DNA of 64,000 nt from Ginglymostoma cirratum (GCA_024137785.1 JAHRHZ010000130.1:2426365-2490364); one strand, 5' to 3'. Shown: positions 39,901 to 53,620, counted from the first letter of the stretch. A program made the numbers and translations. Notes: generated from the letters alone by a model not told the origin.

Positions 39901-40539
39901 AACCTGGCTCTGTCTGTTCTAACTCTGTGGCCAGATATAAGGCGTCTTGACAGATGTTTCCACCAAATTGTGGCTGCTGAATTTATTTTCTGCTCAGAAG
40001 GGAAATGCACAGTTTTGAACTGGAATCAACGAAATAGAAAGTGGCCTACCATGAGAACAGCAAATGTTAGTTGCATGTTATCATCATTAGCTGTCATCCC
40101 GCCTGTGAAAGCCAACACACTTTGAAAGCATTATGAACAATCGGATGAATGCTTTAGTTCTCAATTTCACATTCATCTCCATTCTTGCTTTAACAATAAA
40201 TAAAATCTATCAGATTACTCATCTTGTACCACATTTGATGAATAGGAGATGGATTTAGAATTATCTTGTGGGAGAAAACAGGAAGCATTGAAACAAGTAA
40301 TTCCTCTCATAGTGGGGTATTCTAGGAAAATGTTTTCAATGATTTGGGTGCTGTCTGAAGGAAAAAAACATAGTCATTAGATTGGTAAGCTAGTGTTTTC
40401 TGGATCTGAATCTCCCCCACATGAAGCTTAAGTGCTTAATGGATTCAGTCATAATATGACCTGTTACCACATATGTTGTTTCAGACCCCTCATGCCAAAG
40501 GAAACAACTTTCACCTCATAATGAAAGAAGTTGTGGGAG

Positions 40540-42235
40540 TGGACAATGTTGGCAAAGCAGCCCTGGTTCATTTCTACAGTGCATCTTTTACATCGTATAT
40601 GTTGCTGCTCCTAATCTTCAATGGTGGAGATGTGAATGTTTGTGGACATGACGTCAATCCATTGGGAGCTTTGTCCTGATGTCTTGAAGCTGAGCTGACT
40701 ATCCTCCAACAATCACGTACATAGTACTTTGGGCCAGGAATGACTCCAACCAGCAGAGAATTTCTCCCAGAGTCCCACTGACTCAAGTTTTGCTGGACTG
40801 ATATCACATTCGGTCAATTGTGGCTTTCAGGTAGTCACTCATACCTCAGCTGAGGTCTTCAACTATTTTGTCCATGATTTAACCAAGGCTCTAATGAGAC
40901 CATGAGTTGACTTACATTGATAGAGATCAAAGTGAGAGTCAGTGAGCAGATTGTTAATGAACAATTTCTGCTTAATAGCACTGTTGACGATACCTTCACT
41001 TTGAGAGAAGACTAATGAGTTGGTAAGTGGTTGGGTTTGATTTGTGTTAGATTGTGTACACAGGACAATTTTCCACATTGTTGGATAAATACATTTGTTG
41101 TTGCTGCTCAAGAAGATTTTGGAAAGGGGCCTGGGAATTTTGGAAGTGCAGGCCTTCAGTGCATTTGTTGGTATGATGTCAGGTCTCATAGCCATTGCAT
41201 GATCCAAAGTCTCTAACCATTTATTGATACTACATGGAGTGAATCAAGTTAGCTGAAGACAGCTATGAAAGTGGGGACTTCTGGAGGAGGCCAAAATGAA
41301 TCATCCACACCACACTTCTGTCTAAATATTGTTGCAAATGTTTCAGCCTTATTTTTTCACTGATCTGCTTGTGTCCCCCAATATTTGAGGGGTGGTGGGG
41401 AGGGTAGTATGATGATTGTGGAGCCTCCCTTTCCGATGAGTTTAGATAGTGTTTTACCATTCCAGACTGAATACAGCAGCAATGAAGAACTCAGGTCTGC
41501 TCAGTCATTTGTAGAATTGCTTAGCTCTGTCTATCACGTTTTTGCTTTTCAGTGCACAAGTAGTCCTATTTTGTGGCTTCACCAGGTTGACACCTTATTT
41601 CTATGTATACCTGGTGCTGCCCTCTGAATATGTTCTTACACTCTTTCACCAGGCTTGGTTTCCTGCTTGAAGGTAATGGTAGAGTGATGGGTTTGCTGGT
41701 CACAAGGTTACCAATTGTGGTTGAGTAAAGTTTTGCTGCTGTTGACAGTCCACAGCTCCTCATTGATGTCCAGTCTCAATCTGTTCAAAGTCTGTCCCAT
41801 TTAGGACAACTATAGTACCTCATATGATGCTTGTATTCTCAAAGTGGAGTCTGGAGTTTGTCTCAATAGTGACTGCATGGTTGTTAATCTTACCAGTGTT
41901 GTCATGGACAAATGGATCTGAAGCAAGCACATTGGTGAGGTATGGTCAGGTATGTTTTCGCCTCTTATTGGCTCACTCATCATCTCCCACATACTGTCTA
42001 ACAGCTATGTCCTCCAGCCATCGGCCAGTTTGGCCTTTAACCACTAGTGGTGCTGCCCAGCCATTCATAGTAGTGGACTTTAAAGTAAAGGATAAAGCCA
42101 GAGTATATTTTGTGTCTTTGTCGTTGACAAGTTCCAGTCCTTCTTTCAACTGGTGTTCTTCATGGAAGAAGGCTGATACATTTGTCGAAGGGTAGGGGAA
42201 AGTGAGAAGAAACATAACATAACAATCAGTAGTAG
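40540..42235 (-). mobile_element. Old second-family LINE ORF2 fragments
   Basis: AMRPDIIPTNALKAC, IYPTMWK and EGIVNSAIKQKL; endonuclease remnants ~41800-42100. Confidence 0.65.
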
Positions 42236-42652
42236 CTTCAAAGTCTCCCCTCCCCCTACCCCATCCCCAAACCAGCCCAGCTCATCCCTGCCTCCCTAAC
42301 CTGTCCTTCCTCCCACCTATCCCCTCCTCCCACCTCAAGCCCCACCCCCATCTCCTACGTACTAACCTCATCCCACCCCCTTGACCTGTCCATCCTCCCT
42401 GGACTGACCTATCTCCTCCCCACCTACACTCACCTTTACTGGCTCCATCCCCGCCTCTTTGACTTGTCTGTCTCCTCTCCACCTATCTTCTCCTCTATCC
42501 AACTTCTATCCATCTCCCCCTCTCTCCCTATTTATTTCAGAACCCTCTTCCCCTCCCCCATTTCTAAAGAAGGGTCTAGGCCTGAAACATCAGGCTTCCT
42601 GCTCCTCTGATGCTGCTTGGCCTGCTGTGTTCATCCAGCTCTACACCTCCTT
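42234..42652 (+). mobile_element. PLE family-A 3' segment
   Basis: Matches 2297-2716; flanked by a 13/15 direct repeat, ATAACA(A/G)TCA(G/A)TAGT, at 42219-42233 and 42653-42667. Confidence 0.85.
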
Positions 42653-44877
42653 ATAACAGTCAATAGTTGGTTACTTTACCCACGTCCAGCCTGATGCCAT
42701 GAGGTCATAGAGTCATAGAGCTGTTCAGCATGGAAACAGACCCTTCAGTCCAACCCCTCCATGCCAGCCAGCTATTCTAAATTAATCAAATCCCATTTAC
42801 CAGTATTTGGCCCATATTCCCCTGAACTCTTCTTATTCATCTTGAACATTTTTTTTTCTAAATGCAATGTTCTTCTAAATATTCGACTTATGAACTGCAA
42901 GCTGTGATATGTTGACCACTCTGAAATTAATGCGAATGTAGATAACTTTTTCTGCTATTTAAACTTGTCTGGGTGAAATACGTTAAACCTTCAATCAAGT
43001 TGCCGTTCTCTATTCTACAAGCCTGTTCAGAATTGTTTCAGTGCCGAGGCAAAAGAATGTCAGGAAAACAATTCTTCACTTACATGTATTTTTGCTTTAA
43101 CTTAATAATATCGCTGCTGAATGATTTTCGAGACGTTTCTATGATGTTTGTACCTACTGCTTGTATTCTTAAAGGGATCCCTTGTTGTCAGTTGAAACTA
43201 ATCTATAAATAACTTTGTGATCTGTTTTCGATTTTCGCCACGCACGTTTCATTGAAACCGACGAGGAGTTTATGTAAATGAACGCAGAAATATAACCCTC
43301 AGAATAGACTATTAAGCGACAAAAATACGACGAATATTTCCCCACCAACACAGAACAGAAATAGAGATACAAGTGCAACTAACTCAACGGATTGCAATAC
43401 CAATTGATTTCAAGATATTCTCCATTATATGAAAAGACATCTACGTCCAGATTTCGCAAACCTTCCCTCAAATCGCAAAAACATTGTAACACACGCAAGC
43501 ACACGCACCTAGAGGTGCAAGAAAACATAGTTTAAATGGTATGACGCGGGCACATCATCAATGGAGAAACTGACGTTAAAGCAATGAAAGTATTGATGAA
43601 AAGGAAGTAAAAATATGAAAGTAAAATGAATATTGGGTTGGGACGATGGAAATTAATTGAGAAATATTAAAGAAACATCCAAAAGATGGGTAAAATCGAA
43701 GGAAGAGCTAGGGAATCTTTCAAGTAATCTGTCTCTGGAATTGAATATACCACAACCCGTTACGCATGAGCCAATCTACCAACTGGGTAATTCATAACGA
43801 GCCCATTGTACCCGAAATGGCGCAGAAACCCAAGGTTCACTCGTACTCTCGCTCTTAAGGCATTCAATTAATGTATCGCTGCTAATTAAACTGTTTTGTC
43901 GACCTTTATAATGGCTTTTAAATTTTATCATGTGTACAAACAGTTTATAGCTAACAAACAACATGTACGTGCTTATGTGAGGTTTTCAACATCTGTTTCG
44001 AAGATATCAAGGGCGGAATGGTAGTGTATGAATCCAAAAATGACACCTCCAAATCAGAGTATTAGAGATTAATTGGACACGGCAGCAAGGCAATTGATGA
44101 GTAGAAACATGCGCGAAAGTAGGCTGTTTTGCAATAAGATGGACTTGGCGTGGGAACACGTTGTTTTGCAGCGATACCTGGACTTGTTTTTGACCACCAG
44201 TCACAGAGGAATGCTTGGGGAAAATTCTCAGAAGAAGCTATTGAGCACGTAACATCAAATCCAGCACACGATTAATATCTTTCACAGTTTGTTGGATTTC
44301 ACCATCAGACTAGGTTCGCTAACAGTGTCATGTAAATTGAAATAGTGGCTCAAGTCCCAGCCGTCGCTGAGAGAGTCCCCGGCAAACGAAAGGCTGTGAT
44401 CTGTTGAATATATCTAAAGTAGATTAAACTAATAGATTCAGTCATTAGTCTAAGCTAAAAATATTTTGTTCCAATACATCTAAAGTGGATTAAGTCAATA
44501 AATCTGCTTTATGACAAAGTGCACATGTATCCTTGTACTCATTTTAATCAAACCTTAAAGAACAGTTAAGATATTTCATCATAACTTTACATCCATCTCA
44601 ACCTGTTGTGGCAGAGTTCAAAGGATCTTTGCAATTTTCTAACCTGTGCTGTCGCTACACTTGAAATGTTTGATGGGATGCAGTAGAGGAAAACTCCAAA
44701 ATGGATAGGTTCAGTCCCTTTTCCTTGGAACAGTGGAATTTGGGTGGAGATTTCAGTAAGGTCGATAAAGATGTGAGGAGGCTTCGATAAAGTCATCAAC
44801 TATTTCCCTTAACAAACAACTCAATTTTCAGGGGTCATTCGCTGAACACAATTGGAAGAATAGCTAAATAAGAGGGG

Positions 44878-45235
44878 AAGCAGTAGCCTGGTGGCATTAT
44901 TGCTGGACTGTTGATCTAGAGACCCACGTAATGTTCTGGCGATCTGGGTTCGAATCTCACCGCGGCTGCTAACGGAAGTCAGATCCAATAAATAACCGGA
45001 ATTAAGCGTCTCATGGTGACCTTGAATCGTTTGCTGATCGTTGAGGAATATCCCAGCTGGCACACTAATGGCCTTTAGGGAAGGAAATCTGCTATCCTTA
45101 CCTGACTCCAGACCCACAGCAACGTGGTTAACTCATAACTGCCCTCTGGGCAATTGATGATGGGCAATAAATGCTGGTCTGAGCAATAAATGCTGGCCTA
45201 GCCATTCATGCCCTCACCCGTGGATGAATAAAAGC
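44878..45235 (+). mobile_element. tRNA-derived SINE (DeuSINE/SacSINE1-like) sharing its 3' tail with the second LINE family
   Basis: B box GGTTCGAATC ~44948; tail gatgggcaataaatgctggcc...gaataaaa. Related fragments at ~35550-35790 (minus), ~55300-55520 and ~61490-61640. Confidence 0.65.
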
Positions 45236-45428
45236 AAATTTTCACAAGAGTGTAGGGAGGGTAAGGAAGAAATTGCCTGAAAGGGTGGTGGAGTCGGAAT
45301 GCAATAAAAAATTATGAATATAGGCTTGAGGCACTACAGCCGACAGAAGTTACAGGCAGAGAGCGGGAAACCGCAATTTTTTTTTTGATATTCAGCAGTT
45401 GCAGTCACAGAAGGTGAAAGGTGAAATG

Positions 45429-45533
45429 AAACCCCATTTCTGAAGAAGGGACTAGACCGGAAACGTCAGCTTTCCTGCTCCTATGATGCTGCTTGGCCTG
45501 CTGTGTTCATCCAGCTCCACACCTTGTTATCTC
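45429..45533 (+). mobile_element. Short PLE family-A repeat
   Basis: ctgaagaaggg...gaaacgtcagc core; 10-bp TSD AGGTGAAATG at 45419-45428 and 45534-45543. Confidence 0.85.
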
Positions 45534-45632
45534 AGGTGAAATGGGCTTCCTCTGTGTATTAAATATCTATGATTCGTGATTCTGTTAAAGATGAAAAAAA
45601 AACTCAGAAAGTATACACAGAAGATTTACTCG

Positions 45633-46078
45633 GAACATAGAACATTACAGCGCAGTACAGGCCCTTCGGCCCTCGATGTTGCGCCGACCTGTGAAACCAA
45701 TCTGAAGCCCATCTAGCCTACACTATTCCATTATCATCCATATGTTTATCCAACGACCATTTAAATGCCCTTAAAGTTGGCGAGTCTACAACTGCTGCAG
45801 GTAAGGCATTCCATGCCCTTACTACTCTCTGAGTAAAGAATCTACCTTTGACATCTGTCCTATATCTATCACCCCTCAATTTAAAGCTATGTTCTCATCA
45901 CCATCGGAGGAAAAGGGCTCTCACTGTCCACCCTATCTAATCCTCTGATCATCTTGTATGTGTGTATTAAGTCACCTCTTAACCTTCTTCTCTCCATCGA
46001 AAACAGCCTCAAGTCCCTCAGCCTTTCCTCATAAGACCTTCCCTCCATACCAGGCAACATCCTGGTAAATCTCCTGGT
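45633..46078 (-). mobile_element. Young CR1-like LINE 3' end
   Basis: RRFTRMLPGMEGRSYEERL.DL.LFS.ERRRLRGDLI; CpG-retaining tail that ends in a tatgttc repeat. Confidence 0.88.
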
Positions 46079-46251
46079 AAATTTGCCGAGATTTAAGAAA
46101 TGGCTCACTTTTCCTCAATCTGGAAAGATTGACAAGTCATACATAATGGATTTCAAAATAATTTGAAGTTTCAAGAAGAAACAGAAAATAATGATCCCCT
46201 CGATCGATGTGTTCAACAAGTAGGTTGAACAAAATTCTTAATTAAAAGTCA

Positions 46252-46525
46252 CAGTAGCTCAGTGGTTAACGCAGCTGCCTCCTAGTGCCAGAAACCCGGG
46301 CTCAATCCAGTCTTCCATCTATCTATGTGGAGTTTGCACGTTTCCTCCGGTTTCTGCTGGATGTTCCAGTTACCTCCCACTCTTTAAGGATGTATAGGTT
46401 AGGTGGATTGGCCATGGTACATACGGGGTTAGAATAAGGGGCTGGATTTGGGTGGTATGCTGTTTGGAGGATCAATGCACACTTGATGGGCCGAACGCCC
46501 CCTTTCCGCTTTGTAGGGGTTCCGA
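46252..46525 (+). mobile_element. HE1-like SINE, degenerate
   Basis: tagctcagtggttaac, tgtggagtttgcac and ggtggattggccat. Confidence 0.7.
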
Positions 46526-48269
46526 AAAGTATGGGCAATAGACACAGACAGAATTTGAGAAGGAAATTTCCTGCTCAAAGTTGGTGCGATAGAGAACATC
46601 TTATGTGAAAACAGAAATAGCTGGAATAGACAGCATCTGGCAGACCTACTGAGCTTTTCCAGCAATTCCTGTTTTTGTTTCTGATTTACAGCATCCACAG
46701 TTCTTTCGTTTCTTTTTTTAAAATTATGTGTGAAAAGAATTGTAATGTGGCTGCATCAGCAAATTTAAAACAGATTGGACGCATACATGAAATGGAAAAG
46801 ACTGTGTGCCCAAAGCTGAGGTGTAGGATGACATATGACTATTCCTTAACAGGCACGGTTATAAGTTTAAATTATTCTATGACTGTATGCCTATATGAAC
46901 TCAAATCCTAGTTTTAAACGAAACCCTAAGCCGGTTACTAGACAACTCGAAACGGCAGACCCCCCGTATGTTATCTTAAGCCAAAATGACGTTTCTGCCT
47001 GGCACTTTTGCACATGCTGTTACTAAACGTCACGTTTCCATTTTATTATACTGGGCCCTATACTGATTAAATTTGCACCATACCCCATCCGCCATAATAT
47101 CACAACATGTCCCGTCGCTCCTTTTCTGCACTAGACCATGACTGTTCGTAATACACCGGATTCTTTCTAAGTTACCAATGCATCGGAACTCATTTCGATT
47201 TTTTCTTTCTTTGTAGTGATCGGTGTCTTTATTTGGAACGTGACAATGCCCATCTTTGTATTATTCTGGACATTATCTCAGATGTTACTGTTGCTTCCAC
47301 CATTTATTCCGGCAGGCAGTCAACAGCTGGAGCGTCCAACCTGTCACACAAATACCGCATCAAATTGCGTTGCAAACGGTCATGTTTTATTTTTAGACGA
47401 ATCTCATGTGACCGCTCTTATGAAACCAGCTGGTTGTACATCTGGACAAGTTATATTCCGGACTGAAATGTGATTTATTGAGCTTATTTTCTAAAAAAAA
47501 ATTTTAGTTCACGTTATGGTCAGTCACTGAAACATAGTCACACGACCCTGCAGCGTTTCTTTAACAACAGAGCAGAAGTTTATTACACAAATATGCAATA
47601 AGTTTAAAAAATGCTATCGAGATACAAAACACGGGAAGATCTTAAAACATGTTTTCAACCTTTATCCCGTCACAATCTGTTGCAGAAATTCAAAACCATA
47701 GAAATTAATATCCATCACTAAACTCCTTCAGATTATATTTAAATGATTACTGGCAGTTTGTTTGCCTTGGACTTTGGAGACAATTCGATGAGTCTTTTTT
47801 CCCCCAAATCCGACGACATCAAATTTTCGCAACCACACTATAAACAATTTGTTACTAATACATCAAAGAGGTCCACAGTCACCTGCTTTCTCAGCAATGT
47901 TGGAGAAAAGTCAGTACTTCACACGAATTCTGGCTTTTTCTTCGACACTTCACAATGGTAGTGGACACGTCGGAATAAGGCAGCGGAGTGCTGTGAAAAT
48001 AAAGCATGGCTTGCCTTCCTCCGACGGTTCTGCGACATGAATGAATTGTCAGAATTGAAAGAAACTCCACATGATTTGAATCGCCTCTCAGAAATGCGGA
48101 GCTCCCTTCTTCCTTCAAACAGAGTGGAATGGCATCCTGCGTGAAATTGCCACTGCTCGGAATATCCATCACAAAATGACCTGAATGGATTTGACAGGAA
48201 GGAGGTTGAAACAATATTTTCCTTTGTCTTTGGAACTCTGCCTTACAAATATTCTACCTCCACCACTCT

Positions 48270-48842
48270 CTACAAATCATTGGTCATATCACGTTTGGAG
48301 TTCAGTTTTGGGTGCCTTGTTTAAGAAAGGTTATTAGAGCCGTGGAGACAGTGCAAAGGAGATTTACTTGAATAAAACCAATAATGAGGAATTTTAGACG
48401 TTGGGAAATATTGCTAAATTGGGCTTATTTGCCTTGGAGCAGTGAAGAATAAAAGGCGAACTAAATGAACAATAAAAATAGCAATAAGATTAAAGAAGGA
48501 TATTTTGTTTCCACTAGCTAGTATATCAGTAACTAGGGGGTCACAATTTCAGGATTGTCAGTAAGAGGGCTAGGAGTGAGATGAAGAGAATCTTCTTTGC
48601 TCAGAGAGTTGTTAGAATTTAGAATGTGCTGCTTGGCAGTGGTGGAGGTGGATTCCCTGGGAGGTCTCAAAAGAGATGGAAATATGTTTGAAAGTGTATT
48701 TGGATTTGAAACTGATGAATTTAGAGGGCTACAGAGATAGGGCTGGAGAATGAGTCCAGCTGGATTGCTACGGGTAGTGGTACAGACAGGATGGATCAAA
48801 TAGCCTTCTGTTCTGTAAAATTCTGTGATTGTATGATTCTGA
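48270..48842 (+). mobile_element. Old CR1-like LINE 3' fragment
   Basis: Degenerate ORF2 C-terminus and a tatgattc tail. Confidence 0.6.
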
Positions 48843-48937
48843 GAAGTCAATGTGGAAGGAAAATTGACAGAACACTTGATATCGACCTGCACCTTGTAAA
48901 CGATAATCCTGCCTCGCCCACTCACAAAGTTATCCAA

Positions 48938-49113
48938 TAAAAACTGAAAGAACTGCAGATGCTGTAAATCAGGAACAAAAACAAGATTGCTGGAAAAGCT
49001 CAGCAGGTCTGGCAGCATCCTGAAGGGTCACTGGATCCAAAACGTTAACTCTGTTTTTCCTTCACAGATGCTGCTAGACCTGCTGAGCTTTTTCCAGCAA
49101 CTTTGTTTTTGTT
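48938..49113. mobile_element. Short fold-back PLE-type repeat (family B)
   Basis: Arms ~48974-49019 and ~49067-49113 are inverted around tgaagggtcactggatccaaaacgttaac. Related copies at ~20320-20420, ~28490-28590, ~46608-46715 and ~59865-60085. Confidence 0.65.
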
Positions 49114-49899
49114 CTACAAGGTCATCCATATGTTTGGGAGCCTGTGGTAAAAGGGGTGAGCTATCACGCACCTTAACCAAGCAGCAGCCTCACATTGTTA
49201 AGCTCATGGTTTCAATTCTGCAACTGTCATAGACAATGCTCCCTTCAATCGTGGGTATGTTCTGTCCCACTTGTAGGGGAGGCACAGGCCAGGCGATGAA
49301 ACATTACTGAGGAGGAGTTTCAATAGGGATTCTCAACATGAGCATTTGAACTCTAAATATCATTAAGTATCATAGCATAAATTCAAAAAGGCAATGATAG
49401 CTCCAGCTGATTCTGATCTATTTCCTCATCATTGCCACCATCCAATCTCTACCTTTGAGTCAACCCTCTCCTACATTGGAAACCATCTGGAGGAAGCAGG
49501 GGGGTTTGGCAAGAACACAGAATGCACTCTGGCTGATGGAATGTAAAGTTCAGAACCAGAAGTGACTCAGTAGCAGAACTGCTGACTGAGCTATTCGAGT
49601 CATGAAAGGCATAGACGTGGTCAGTAGCAAGTCATGCTGAGAGCATCAATGGGAGGTAAATGTTTGATCTCAGCCTCGTCAATCTACCTGTCATAGATGC
49701 AACTGTCTTTGAGGATATGCTCAAACATTTTGTTGTGATAGATTTCGAATTAAAGGCTAGATAACCATAATATTCTAAGGACCATCAGTAGCAGAACTGA
49801 ATTCAACCACAATGTGTAACGATATGATTTAGCATATCCTCAGTCCACCAGTATCATCAGGTATCTGGATCAACACTATTACCAATGGCAGTGTATTGG

Positions 49900-51245
49900 G
49901 TCATTTCTTGCCCATCCCTAGTTACCCTTGAGAAGGCGGTGGTGAGCTGCCTTCTTGAACCACTGCAGTCCTCCTGCTGTGGGTTGACTCACAATTAGGG
50001 AGGGAATTCCAGGATTTTGATCCAGCGACAGTGAAGGAATGGCGATATATTTCCAAGTCAGTACAGTGAGTGACTTGGAGGGGAACTTGGAGGTGGTGGT
50101 GTTCCCATATGTCTGATGCCCTTGTCCTTCGAGATGGAAGTGCTCATGGGCTTGGAAGGTACTGTCTGGGGATCTTTGGTGAACTTCTGCAGTGCATCTT
50201 GCAGATAGTACACACTGCTGCTACTGAGCATCTGTGGTGGAGGGAGAGAATGCTTGCGGATGTAGTGCCAATCAAGCGGGTGGCTTTTTCCTGGATGGTG
50301 TCAAGCTTCTTGAGTGTTGCTGGAGCTGCACTCATCCAGGCAAGTGGGGAGTATTCCATCACATGCCTGACTTGTGCCTTGTAGATGGTGGATGGGCTTT
50401 GGTGAGTCAGGAGGTGAGTTACTCACTGCAGTATTCCTAGCTTCTGGCCTGCTCTTGTAGTCACTCTGTTAATGTGGTGAGTCCAGTTGAGTTTCTAGAC
50501 AGAGGTAACCCTCAGGATGCTGATAGTGGTGGATTCAGTGATGGTAACACCATTGAATGTCAAGGGGTGGTGGTTAGATTGTCTCTTATTGGTGATGGTC
50601 ATAGCTTGGAATTTGTGTGGCATGAATGTCACTTGCCACTTGTCAGCCCAAGCCTGGATATCATCCAGATCTTGTTGCATGTAAACATGGACTGCTTCAG
50701 TATCTGAGGAGTCACGAATAGTGCTGAACATTGTGCAATCACCAGCAAACATCCCCACTTCTGACCTTATGATGGAGGGAAGGTCATTGATGAAGCAGTT
50801 GAAGATGGTTGGGTCTCGGACACTACCCTGAGGAACTCCTGCAGAGATTTCCTGGAGCTGAGCTGATTGACCTCCCACAACCATGACAGTCTTCCTATGT
50901 GTCAGGTAGGACTCCAATCACTGGAGTGTTTGCCCCTTGATACCCATTGATTCCAGTTTTTCTAGGGCTCCTTGATGCCACACTTGGTCGAATGCAGCCT
51001 TGATTTCAAGGGCTGTCACTCTCACCACGCCTTTGGAATCCAGCTCTTTGTCCATCTTTGAACCAAGGCTGTAATGAGATCAGGAGCTGAGTGGCCTGGT
51101 GGAGTCCAAACTGGGTGTCAACGAGCAGGTTATTTCCAAGCAGGTGCTGATTGATAGCACTATTAGTGACACCTTCCATCACTTTACTGATGATTGAGTA
51201 GATTGATGGAGTGGTAGTTGGCCGGGTTGGATTTGTCCCTTTTTT
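49900..51245 (-). mobile_element. Second LINE family RT and 3' end (best-preserved copy)
   Basis: GVPQGSVRDPTIFNCFINDLP, MFAGD, WADKWQVTF and MEYSPLAWMSAA...LDTIQ. Confidence 0.88.
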
Positions 51246-51294
51246 TGTGTAAATCCAGATCAATGGTAAAATCTCAGATCAATGATAAAATCAT

Positions 51295-52215
51295 CGATGA
51301 ATTTCCCCAATACCAACAACTTGAAGGATAGCATTAACCACAACCTGAACATGACCAATCATATAAACATTCTGGTTACAATGAAAGGTCAGAGACTTGG
51401 AATTCTGTGGTGAGTAACTCACCTTATAACTCTTCAAAAACTGTCCACCATCCACAAGGTAAAAGTCAGGATTATGTTGAATACCCTTCACTTGCTTGGA
51501 TGTGTATAGTTTGAGCAACATTCAAGAAGCTCCAAACTAGCGGCAATGGCTTGTTGCTCGATGGGTATAATCCTTGTAGGCAGCACAGTCGTTCAGGAGT
51601 TAGCACTGCTGTCTCACAGCACCAGGGACCCAGGTTCGATTCTGCTCTTGGGTGACTGTATATGTGGAGTTTGCACATTCGCCCCATGTCTGCATCGAGT
51701 TTCTGCTGAGCGCTCGGGCTTCCTCCCGATGTGCAAGTTAGGTGGATTGGCCATGCAAATGCCCCATAGTATTTAAAGGGTATGTAGGTTAGCCACGGGA
51801 AATGCAGGGTTACAGGGACAGTGTGGTGGGATGAGGGTCAGTGTGGATTTCTTGGGCTGAATTGACTATTTCCACACTGTAGGGATTCTGTTCTATAGCA
51901 GAGATGATGCGCTGCCATAAATCTCCTCCAAAAGCACTTTCCAAATCTGCAATCTCTCCCACCTGGAAGAACAAGGGTAGCAGATACATGAAAATGCCAG
52001 AACTTGCTAGCTTTCCTCCAAGTTGCACATCATCCTGACTTGAAACTATATTGCCTGCTTTTTTTAATGTTGCTGGCTCAAAACACGGAAACTCCTTCAC
52101 TGCATTTACACCAGAAGGCCTGCAACAGTTCCAGAGGATAGCTCATTGCCACCTTCTCAAAGAGGTTTGAGCAATAGATATTAGCCAAGTCAGCAATGCT
52201 ATATGAAACAAAAGA
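51295..52215 (+). mobile_element. Second LINE family 3' fragment with a nested HE1-like SINE (~51578-51895)
   Basis: Homology to 16940-17590; SINE head ggcagcacagt...ggttcgattc. Confidence 0.7.
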
Positions 52216-53481
52216 ATAAAATAAGATGTGCTCAACATAAAAAATGATTAACTTAGGTCGTGACATTTTGTTTGAGCATTGCTTTGAAAAAGAGGAGTGC
52301 AGTCTAAGTTTTTCCTCTTGCGACCATCAGAACAGAAACGCAAGAATAGCAACTCTGAAAGGAATGAGAAATTTATACTGCATGAGGAGAAGATAACTAA
52401 TTGTTTGGTACGTGGACATATGTGGCAAAAGTGTTATCACGGATAATGCACCAAGGAATAGTTATCTGCAAAACGTTTGTCTAAATTTAAAACACACAGT
52501 TCGACTGTGACTGGTTAAAGCAATGCAGTGATGGTTGCACTGGAGAATAGCTGTCCCCACATTTTTACCTGGTTAAAAAAGACGCATGTCACATATATGC
52601 ACAAATGATCATATTAAACAGCATGTTGCTTCATGTGTTCAAAGCAGGCTGAGCTTTCAAAACTCAGAAGAGACTGTTGAAAATTAGATGTGACTCTGTG
52701 ATTGGATTACACATCCTAACCAATCGCATTTGCATTTTAAAAATCTACGAATAGCCAAATTAGCATTTTCAGTTGGGTGTGCAGTGTGGCCCACTCTTGG
52801 GTGCCTTAAGCTCCATGTGATCACCCTCAAGGCCTTAATTTTTGTCGAAACAAAAAGCTCCTTCTGGACATCCATTCCCTGATTCATTCCCTGCTTGAAA
52901 TCAAACAAAGATTTGGTTGTTAAATGTTGCCTGCTGCATTCCTCATGGCCGTGCGTCTATCAATTTAGAATCCAACTGCCAACCCTCTTTCCATGTAGCA
53001 GAAATTGGTGTTCCCTTTAAAATAGGCTGTTTTTGCGATTCTCTCCTGGAGATTTTTAAAAAGTATGTATTATTCATTTATGGATGTATTATTGCTGGCT
53101 GGATTAAAATGCACTGTTAGTTTTAAAACAAGCTTTTCATAAGAACAAAGTCACAAGAATATTAAATTACAAAGGGAATACCGATTTCTACTGTGCGGAA
53201 GACTCATCAACGTGTTTTTCTTCAGTAATGCTGAGGTTCTGTACTACCAAGCAACTGAACGTCAGTCATATATACCAGAAACATGCAAACACAATATATG
53301 ACACATTTCAATTGTAGTTCTTTCACAAATTTCAAATACTACGGCATAATAGCAGTATAGGTTTCATGCATTAATTATGGAAGTCTACTTTGACAATTAC
53401 TCACAGGACAAAATTAAGATTCATAGATAAAAATCTTAACAAACAGGTGCGGAAAATCTATGATGTCGGCCAATCAAATGC

Positions 53482-53490
53482 TCACTTCAC
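53482..53490 (-). CDS. IGHM: Ig heavy chain exon TM2 (VK-stop)
   Basis: ctcccttttacag|GTG AAG TGA after a 130-nt intron; gives the canonical IgM KVK cytoplasmic tail. Confidence 0.9.
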   Translation of the reverse strand: MK

Positions 53491-53620
53491 CTGTAAAAGG
53501 GAGATAAAATGTTGAAACAGAGATTTGAGCCGTGAGGAATTGACTTCATGGTTTTCGTAAACAAATTAAGATTTTTTTCAAATGGTTTCAGTCATAGTGA
53601 ATACAAGTTGATCGTCTCAC

